DNA of 64,000 nt, taken from Alphaproteobacteria bacterium (GTDB taxonomy: Bacteria > Pseudomonadota > Alphaproteobacteria > Methylaequorales > Methylaequoraceae). Position numbers and translations under genes: made by a program. This document shows positions 9,951-15,866 of the stretch, one piece after another (the first letter of the stretch is position 1; the number at the start of each line of letters is the position of its first letter). The notes under the pieces were generated by a model. The model ran no database searches and was not told the origin of the DNA. It was given only the letters and a program-made list of their open reading frames with translations. The stretch lies in NCBI GenBank assembly GCA_045563015.1, contig JBJKUQ010000014.1, forward strand, positions 11,433 through 75,432, written 5' to 3'.

Positions 9951-11348
9951 ATGAAAATATCCATAATTTCAGATGCCTGGATGCCCCAAGTCAACGGCGT
10001 TGTTCACACCTTAAGTCATACTAAAAGAATACTAGAAAAAAGAGGTCATCATGTTCAAATGATTACTCCAAACGTTTTCAATACTTTTCCCTGTCCTACT
10101 TATCCGGAGATTCGTCTTGCTTTATTTCCATACAATAAAGTAAAAAAAATGATCAATGACTTTTTACCGGATGCTATTCATATTGTAACTGAGGGTCCCC
10201 TTGGCCTTGCTGCTAGGAATTTTGTTGTAAAAAATGGTTTTACTTATACGACATCTTTTCATACACGATTTGCTGAATATATTTATGAAAGATCAAGGTT
10301 ACCACTTTCTTTGAGTTACAGCTACTTGAGATGGTTTCACAATAAAGCTTACAAAATCTTAACACCAACTAAATCTATTATGGAAGAATTAAGTTATTGG
10401 GGTATTAAAAACACAACTGAATGGCCTCGAGGAGTTGATACAAGTTTGTTTAAACCACCAAAAAAAAAAATTAAAAATCCCAAGCCTGTTTTAATAAATG
10501 TTGGACGCATTGCTGTTGAAAAAAATCTTGAAGAATTTCTTAGTCTCAATATCAATTGTGACAAATGGGTTGTTGGTGATGGTCCGGATAAACGCAAATT
10601 GGAAAAAAAATACCCTAATGTTAAGTTTTTTGGACATAAGTCGCCCAAAGAACTTCCTAATCTTTATGGAAAAGCCGACCTTTTTGTTTTTCCAAGTAAA
10701 ACTGACACCTTTGGCCTTGTTATTCTTGAAGCTATGGCATGTGGGCTTCCTGTAGCAGCCTTTCCCGTTTCAGGTCCTCTAAATGTAATTGGTAATAGTG
10801 GTGCTGGAGTTTTAGATAAAAATTTACAATACGCTTGCGAGAAGGCAATGCAAATTAAACCCTCCGTACCAATTAACCATGCAAAGAAATTTAAGTGGGA
10901 ACGAGTGGCTAGTATATTTGAATCAAATTTACAAATCGCAGCTAAAAGAAATCCGAAAACTTATATTTTAAATGATAACCCTCACAAAAAGAATACTGGA
11001 CTTAAAAGACTTTTTTTTGCATTAATAAATAGTCTTTCTGGTTTTAATTTTGCTTTTAAAGAGGAAAGTGCTTTCAGGCAAGAGCTCTTATTAAGTGTAC
11101 TTCTTTTTCCCTCCATTTTTTTTTTCCCTACATCTCCAGTTGAAAAAATATTAATGATTGGTAGCTTGTTAATTTTATTAATAGTTGAACTTCTTAACTC
11201 TAGTGTTGAAGCAGCTATTGACAGAATCTCTTTTTCTCAACATGATTTATCTAAGCGTGCCAAGGATCTTGGAAGTGCTGCGGTTTTTCTTTCTTTACTA
11301 TTGGTTTTAATAACCTTCACAGTCATAATCACAAAGCATATAATCTAA
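9951..11348 (+). CDS. GT4-type diacylglycerol glycosyltransferase (Agt-like) fused to a complete C-terminal diacylglycerol kinase (DgkA) domain
   Basis: 465 aa single ORF. The N-terminal ~340 aa has MKISIISDAWMPQVNGVVHT and a ...FPS..DTFGLVILEAMACGLPV GT-B signature. The C-terminal ~120 aa (nt ~10992-11348) matches E. coli DgkA motif for motif: ESAFRQE, IVELLNSSVEAAIDRIS, LSKRAKDLGSAAV. Confidence 0.8.
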   Translation: MKISIISDAWMPQVNGVVHTLSHTKRILEKRGHHVQMITPNVFNTFPCPTYPEIRLALFPYNKVKKMINDFLPDAIHIVTEGPLGLAARNFVVKNGFTYTTSFHTRFAEYIYERSRLPLSLSYSYLRWFHNKAYKILTPTKSIMEELSYWGIKNTTEWPRGVDTSLFKPPKKKIKNPKPVLINVGRIAVEKNLEEFLSLNINCDKWVVGDGPDKRKLEKKYPNVKFFGHKSPKELPNLYGKADLFVFPSKTDTFGLVILEAMACGLPVAAFPVSGPLNVIGNSGAGVLDKNLQYACEKAMQIKPSVPINHAKKFKWERVASIFESNLQIAAKRNPKTYILNDNPHKKNTGLKRLFFALINSLSGFNFAFKEESAFRQELLLSVLLFPSIFFFPTSPVEKILMIGSLLILLIVELLNSSVEAAIDRISFSQHDLSKRAKDLGSAAVFLSLLLVLITFTVIITKHII

Positions 11349-11463
11349 GTAAGTGCTTATACACTTATTTAAATCGCTACTAGTTATTATATAAAAAGAG
11401 AAAAATGTGCACATGCACTTAAATAATAATTTTTGTTTGCATATTATAAGTGCGTATACACTA

Positions 11464-12006
11464 TTATTTATCTAATTCTTTTTGATAGTATTTATGAATA
11501 ATCGAGTCCTGGTTTTCTAACAACCAATCTATAGAAGGTTCATTGGCCATAGCTTTTTTAATAGCATTAGTTGTTGCCTTCCTATGAATATCAAAAAGTA
11601 TTTTATGATCTAGACTCTCATCCTTAGCTACTAAAGGGTTTAACCAGACAGAAACTATTATTCCCAAATCATTTGCCCTATCTTTGGGTATATATCCTTC
11701 TTTAACTGAATCTAAAACACCATTAGCAATCGCGCCCTGTACTGTTCCCATTAAAATATTGGTGTATTTATCATCCTTAACTGTAACTTTACTAACCATA
11801 AGGGTTGCTGGCTTTACCATAACATCAGTATTCATTATTGCCAGGACCTTAGTATGGCCTTTGATCTGGTTTCCAATAAGAGTAGCAAAAGCAGTCCCAA
11901 AGGGACCATCTAATTCTCCAATAACTACTTCTGGCTCAGCTGCTGTTCCTGGAGGCCCTCCTGCAACTAAAGACTCCCCAATTTTCATTACAAAACTCTT
12001 ACTCAT
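11464..12006 (-). CDS. Formaldehyde-activating enzyme (Fae) family protein
   Basis: 180 aa. Alignable by eye along its full length to methylotroph Fae: KIGESLVAGG.., VVIG...GP..TAF, KPATLMVSKVTV, GYIPKD.ANDL.IIVSVW. Strong SD (AAAGGAG) 7 nt upstream. Sits 18 nt downstream of the XRE gene. Confidence 0.65.
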   Translation of the reverse strand: MSKSFVMKIGESLVAGGPPGTAAEPEVVIGELDGPFGTAFATLIGNQIKGHTKVLAIMNTDVMVKPATLMVSKVTVKDDKYTNILMGTVQGAIANGVLDSVKEGYIPKDRANDLGIIVSVWLNPLVAKDESLDHKILFDIHRKATTNAIKKAMANEPSIDWLLENQDSIIHKYYQKELDK

Positions 12007-12024
12007 TTATTTTACTCCTTTTTA

Positions 12025-12228
12025 CTAAATCATTTTTTTTAATTTTTTCTTAAGATCTATGGCTTCACAAGCTAATTTGATATATTTTGGAATTTTCACA
12101 TCTTTTTCTCCCTTTTTTCCTTTTTCATAATACTGAATCATCCTTCTTTTTAAACCAAGGGTAATAGCAGCCTCTGATTGAGACAAATTGTGCTTTTTTC
12201 TCCATTTTTTGAATTGCTCTTTATTCAT
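12025..12228 (-). CDS. Small XRE/Cro-type helix-turn-helix regulator
   Basis: 67 aa. WRKKHNLSQSEAAITLGLKRRMIQYYEKG...IPKYIKLACEAI, a typical HTH_3 pattern. Probably co-transcribed with the Fae-like gene. Confidence 0.7.
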   Translation of the reverse strand: MNKEQFKKWRKKHNLSQSEAAITLGLKRRMIQYYEKGKKGEKDVKIPKYIKLACEAIDLKKKLKKMI

Positions 12229-12289
12229 GAATTCGACCAGTTTTTAAGTATAGATAAATAATAAAAACAAACAAATATTAAAAAAAATA

Positions 12290-12318
12290 TTGACAAATAC
12301 GCAATTGGTGCATATTTT
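12290..12318 (+). promoter_or_regulatory. Candidate sigma70-type promoter for the 12371/12445 ORFs
   Basis: TTGACA (12290-12295), N17, TATTTT (12313-12318). Bracketed by the 8-bp perfect inverted repeat ACGCAATT (12299-12306) / AATTGCGT (12337-12344). Confidence 0.4.
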
Positions 12319-12444
12319 ATAATTATAGTGCGCAAAAATTGCGTGTGGATAAAACTTTGAAAGGATTTATATGCTTGGACATTTAGTATATTGGCAATTT
12401 GTTTTAAACAAAACCAAAACTCAGGGCCAAAAAAAAGTTAATAA

Positions 12445-12744
12445 ATGAATTGGGTGTTAGTTTTCATAACCTTTATTGGACCACTCTATGACTCTGAGGG
12501 TTTTATTAAAGATATTGAAGCAGATATTTCTCTTATACACAATTCGGAAATAGTCTGTACGTACACTTCGACAATTATTAATGGAAAGTTAAAAGCTTCC
12601 CGTAATTTTGAAAATAGTGGAGTAACTCTAGAAAAAGAGATTACCATTTGCTTAACTGATAGTCAGCTTGATTACTTCAAGAAAACATCCAATGATAAGT
12701 TATCTAGTCAAATTGAAATTAATAATATAATCAAGAATTTCTAG
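12445..12744 (+). CDS. Hypothetical 99-aa protein with a hydrophobic N-terminus
   Basis: ORF only, no family recognised. Its start overlaps the stop of a 25-codon upstream ORF (12371-12448) in an ATGA arrangement. Confidence 0.4.
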   Translation: MNWVLVFITFIGPLYDSEGFIKDIEADISLIHNSEIVCTYTSTIINGKLKASRNFENSGVTLEKEITICLTDSQLDYFKKTSNDKLSSQIEINNIIKNF

Positions 12745-12755
12745 GTAACAATAAA

Positions 12756-12783
12756 TTGACATAATGCAATAAGTGCGTATAAT
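12756..12783 (+). promoter_or_regulatory. Near-consensus sigma70 promoter for the Lys-rich HTH gene
   Basis: TTGACA (12756-12761), N16, TATAAT (12778-12783), 38 bp before the ATG at 12822. The spacer contains the recurring AAGTGCGTATA motif. Confidence 0.6.
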
Positions 12784-12821
12784 AATTATTAATAATTTAA
12801 CTATTAAAAGAGAGGAAATTA

Positions 12822-13478
12822 ATGAAATTATTAACAAAACCAAAACAGCTTCAACGCTGGGAAAAAAAAAATAAAATATCAAATAAAAAATTTGCTAGAT
12901 TAACTGGTCTGGATCCAAAAAAGTTAAGAAGATCCAAGAAATTGCCTAAATTTGTGGGTCTAAGTTGCTTAGCAATTGAAAGCGCCAAAAAGAAATCAGA
13001 TGCAAAAAAAGCCATTAAAGGTTTAAAAAAAAAGAATGCAAACTTAAAAGCTAAAGTTATAAAGTTAAACAAACCTCTAAAAAAACTTGATATATTAAAA
13101 AAGTCAAAAAAAAAATTAGAGAGTAAACTAAAAAAACCAAAAAAAACAATTAGTAAGCTCAAAAATACAAATAAAAAATTAGCGAGCAAACTAAAAAAAC
13201 CAAAAAAAACAATTAGTAAGCTCAAGAACATAAATAAAAAATTAGTGAGCAAACTAAAAAAACCAAAAAAGACGATAAACAAACTAAAAAATAACAATAA
13301 AAAGTTGAATAAAAAAATCAGTTTGATGAAACCCAAGAAACCATCGAAATCGAATAAATTAAAAGCGACAAAGCCAAATGGGTCTCTTGATAAAGTTTCT
13401 GCACAAAATATAAATATAAAAACTGATATCACATCTCCTACTAGTGCAACTAAAAAAGAGGTACCTAGTCAACAATAG
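12822..13478 (+). CDS. HTH protein (paralog of the 12025-12228 regulator) with a long lysine-rich, histone-H1-like tandem-repeat tail
   Basis: 218 aa. The N-terminus (KQLQRWEKKNKISNKKFARLTGLD...LPKFVGLSCLAIESAKKK) aligns with the XRE protein (EQFKKWRKKHNLSQSEAAITLGLK...IPKYIKLACEAIDLKKK). The rest is K-rich, with three 21-aa repeats SKLKKPKKTISKLKNxNKKLx. Strong SD AGAGAGGAAA. Confidence 0.6.
   Translation: MKLLTKPKQLQRWEKKNKISNKKFARLTGLDPKKLRRSKKLPKFVGLSCLAIESAKKKSDAKKAIKGLKKKNANLKAKVIKLNKPLKKLDILKKSKKKLESKLKKPKKTISKLKNTNKKLASKLKKPKKTISKLKNINKKLVSKLKKPKKTINKLKNNNKKLNKKISLMKPKKPSKSNKLKATKPNGSLDKVSAQNINIKTDITSPTSATKKEVPSQQ
13122..13310 (+). repeat. 63-bp x 3 in-frame tandem repeat inside the Lys-rich gene
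   Basis: Units at 13122-13184, 13185-13247 and 13248-13310. Units 1 and 2 differ at only a few positions; unit 3 is more diverged. Confidence 0.9.
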
Positions 13479-13487
13479 TGTTTAAAT

Positions 13488-13523
13488 CCGTTATGTCCTT
13501 AAAGTATAATTAGGGCATAATGG
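13488..13523 (+). terminator. Stem-loop after the Lys-rich gene (possible terminator, no U-tract)
   Basis: CCGTTATGTCC, 14-nt loop, GGGCATAATGG. An 11-bp stem if two G-U pairs are allowed. No T-run follows. Confidence 0.3.
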
Positions 13524-13550
13524 ACTTAACTATTAATTCGATAGGAAGTT

Positions 13551-13600
13551 TGTAAAACACTGTCAAAACAGTCATAAAACTGTAACAATCGTAAAGTAAC
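13551..13600 (+). promoter_or_regulatory. Pho-box cluster upstream of gap-arsJ-ppk-ppx
   Basis: TGTAAAacacTGTCAAaacaGTCATaaaacTGTAACaatcGTAAAG. The 19-mer GTCATAAAACTGTAACAAT (13571-13589) is identical to the pstS upstream site (19414-19432). Confidence 0.65.
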
Positions 13601-13608
13601 GATATCAA

Positions 13609-14607
13609 ATGGTTACATACGGAATCAACGGAATTGGAAGGATTGGAAAGTTTGCACTTAAAGCACTTATTAAGAGAGAGGCTAAAGTTTCCTGGATAAA
13701 TGATTCTTCGGGAACTGTTGATTTACATCGTCATCTTCTTGAATATGACTCAGTTCATGGAAAATGGGATGCTGATTTTAGTAATGATGAAAAATCTATC
13801 ACTATAAATGATAAAAAAATAATCTTTCAAACAAACTCTACTATTGAAAATATTGAGTTGGGAGATGTTGATATTGTTATTGATTGTACTGGTTATTATA
13901 AATCAAGATCTAAACTTTTGAATTACTTTAACAAGGGAGTTAAAAAAGTTGTCGTATCTGCTCCCATTGAAGATGAAAATATAGTTAATATTGTCTACGG
14001 GGTTAATCAAGATATCTACGATTCCAAAAAATACGATATAGTTACTGCTGCAAGCTGTACTACTAACTGTCTTGCACCGATTGTTAAAGTGATTCATGAA
14101 AATATAGGCATAAAACACGGGTCAATTACAACAATTCACAACCCAACAAATACCCAAACAATAGTTGATAAGGCCAATAAAGAATTTCGAAGAGCAAGAT
14201 CTGCACTCAATTCTCTAATTCCAACAACCACAGGAAGCGCTAAAGCAATTACTCTAATTTATCCTGAATTACTAGGAAAATTAAATGGTCAAGCCGTACG
14301 AGTGCCTCTTTTAAATTCATCCTTGACTGATTGTGTATTTGAAGTTTCTCGGAAAACAAACAAGAAAGAAATAAATAATCTTCTTAAAAAAGCTTCTGAA
14401 CAAGAACTTAGAGGAATATTAGGTTATGAGGAAAAGCCACTCGTTTCTACTGATTACCTGAGTGATAAAAGGTCAGCAATAATTGATGCTGATTGTACAA
14501 TGGTTATTAACGAAACACAGGTAAAAATTTATGCGTGGTATGATAATGAAATTGGTTATGCTGAGCGACTAATAGATGTATCCCAGATGGTAGGGTCATT
14601 GTTGTGA
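13609..14607 (+). CDS. gap: Glyceraldehyde-3-phosphate dehydrogenase (ArsJ-partnered type)
   Basis: 332 aa. GINGIGRIG NAD-binding motif, catalytic SCTTNCLAP, WYDNE near the C-terminus. Its stop overlaps the arsJ start (GTGA at 14604-14607). Confidence 0.9.
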   Translation: MVTYGINGIGRIGKFALKALIKREAKVSWINDSSGTVDLHRHLLEYDSVHGKWDADFSNDEKSITINDKKIIFQTNSTIENIELGDVDIVIDCTGYYKSRSKLLNYFNKGVKKVVVSAPIEDENIVNIVYGVNQDIYDSKKYDIVTAASCTTNCLAPIVKVIHENIGIKHGSITTIHNPTNTQTIVDKANKEFRRARSALNSLIPTTTGSAKAITLIYPELLGKLNGQAVRVPLLNSSLTDCVFEVSRKTNKKEINNLLKKASEQELRGILGYEEKPLVSTDYLSDKRSAIIDADCTMVINETQVKIYAWYDNEIGYAERLIDVSQMVGSLL

Positions 14608-15863
14608 AAAATATTTATCAAAAACAGAAAACTTTCATTTTAATAACGCTTTCATATTGGTCTTTCATGCTCACCGATGGTGCTCTGAGAATGATAGTTT
14701 TATTACATTTTCACTCTATGGGGTTTACACCTATTGAACTAGCTTACCTATTTCTTGTTTATGAGTTAGCAGGAATTATTACGAATTACTTCGGAGGTTG
14801 GTTAGCTTCACGATTTGGTCTAAAGAGTACGTTGTTTTCCGGTTTGTCAATTCAAATAGTCTCTTTAACGCTACTTTTAATGCTTGATAAAAGTTGGGCT
14901 TTAGAGCTATCAATTATTTATGTTATGATCGTTCAGGGCTTTAGTGGAATTGCAAAAGATCTCACGAAAATGTCGTCAAAATCAGTTGTAAAGTTTATTG
15001 CATCAAATAAAAAGGGAAACTTATTTAAATTAGTTTCATTTCTTACTGGCTCAAAGAATGCCTTAAAGGGGTTAGGTTTTCTTGTTGGAGGCTTATTACT
15101 TTCAACTTTTGGTTTTGAATCTTCTTTAACTCTGATGATTCTTTTATTAGTTGGAATATTAATAATAGTTATGATTTCTATCTCCTCCGAACTACCATGC
15201 GGTAACAAAAAGGTAAGGCTTTCTGATATTAGATCAAAATCAAGAAATATAAATTATTTATCTTTGGCAAGAGTTTTCCTTTTTGGCTCTAGGGATGTTT
15301 GGTTTGTAGTTGGTGTTCCTGTTTATTTTTATAGTTTTTTTTCAGTTACTGAACAACAAACTAATTCAACACCATTTTTTATAGTTGGTGGCCTAATGGC
15401 TATTTGGGTTATCTTCTACGGTATTGTTCAAGCTATGGGACCATCAATAATAAATTTAAAAACAAAATCTGAACAATCATTAGTAAATGAATCAAAAAAA
15501 TGGTGTAAATTTTTATTTATAACATTGTTAATATTCACTTTTTTAATTTACTTAGTCAGCAAGTCTGAACAAATACAATTAATAATTACTATTATTCTAT
15601 TGATTACTTTTGGATTTATCTTTGCCGTAAATTCGTCTTTACATTCATATTTAATTTTAAAATTTACGAAAAAAGAAAGGGTTGCCCTAGATGTAGGTTT
15701 TTATTATATGGCAAACGCATTTGGAAGATTCTTTGGAACTCTATTTTCTGGAATTTCATATCAATTTGGAGGCATAATTTTTTGCTTAGCAACTTCGACA
15801 ATGATGATAATGATAAATGTCTTTTTTACAAATAAATTGAGTATTAACAAAGAGGCTTTTTAA
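14604..15863 (+). CDS. arsJ: MFS permease of the ArsJ family (1-arseno-3-phosphoglycerate efflux)
   Basis: 419 aa, about 12 TM segments. The N-terminus YWSFMLTDGALRMIVLLHFHSMGFTPIELAYLFLVYELAGIITN and ...QGFSGIAKDLTKMSSKS match the ArsJ signature as I recall it. Obligate gap-arsJ gene pairing. Confidence 0.75.
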   Translation: MKNIYQKQKTFILITLSYWSFMLTDGALRMIVLLHFHSMGFTPIELAYLFLVYELAGIITNYFGGWLASRFGLKSTLFSGLSIQIVSLTLLLMLDKSWALELSIIYVMIVQGFSGIAKDLTKMSSKSVVKFIASNKKGNLFKLVSFLTGSKNALKGLGFLVGGLLLSTFGFESSLTLMILLLVGILIIVMISISSELPCGNKKVRLSDIRSKSRNINYLSLARVFLFGSRDVWFVVGVPVYFYSFFSVTEQQTNSTPFFIVGGLMAIWVIFYGIVQAMGPSIINLKTKSEQSLVNESKKWCKFLFITLLIFTFLIYLVSKSEQIQLIITIILLITFGFIFAVNSSLHSYLILKFTKKERVALDVGFYYMANAFGRFFGTLFSGISYQFGGIIFCLATSTMMIMINVFFTNKLSINKEAF

Positions 15864-15866
15864 AGA

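Noticed and set aside
11405-11422. Mini-ORF ATG-TGC-ACA-TGC-ACT-TAA (MCTCT) with an upstream AAGAG, considered as a leader peptide
   Set aside because: No downstream gene exists on that strand for it to regulate. The sequence is better explained as one copy of the AAGTG-N6-CACTT palindrome.
11684-12028. 114-aa plus-strand ORF antisense to the Fae-like gene
   Set aside because: It is a shadow ORF inside a gene with clear family similarity. It has no SD and a low-complexity, proline/threonine-rich composition.
11464-12228. XRE + 180-aa protein read as a type II toxin-antitoxin pair
   Set aside because: The larger protein aligns with an enzyme family (Fae) over its full length, and at 180 aa with no toxin motif it is larger than the type II toxins I recognise.
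13122-13310. Possible CRISPR-like repeat array
   Set aside because: The units are directly abutting 63-bp tandem copies with no spacers. They are in frame within a coding sequence, and no cas genes are present.
12851-13432. 193-aa minus-strand ORF (F/L-rich) listed in the track
   Set aside because: It is the mirror image of the Lys-rich (AAA/AAG) gene on the plus strand. Poly-A coding sequence reads as poly-F/L antisense, and only the plus-strand gene has a consensus promoter and SD.
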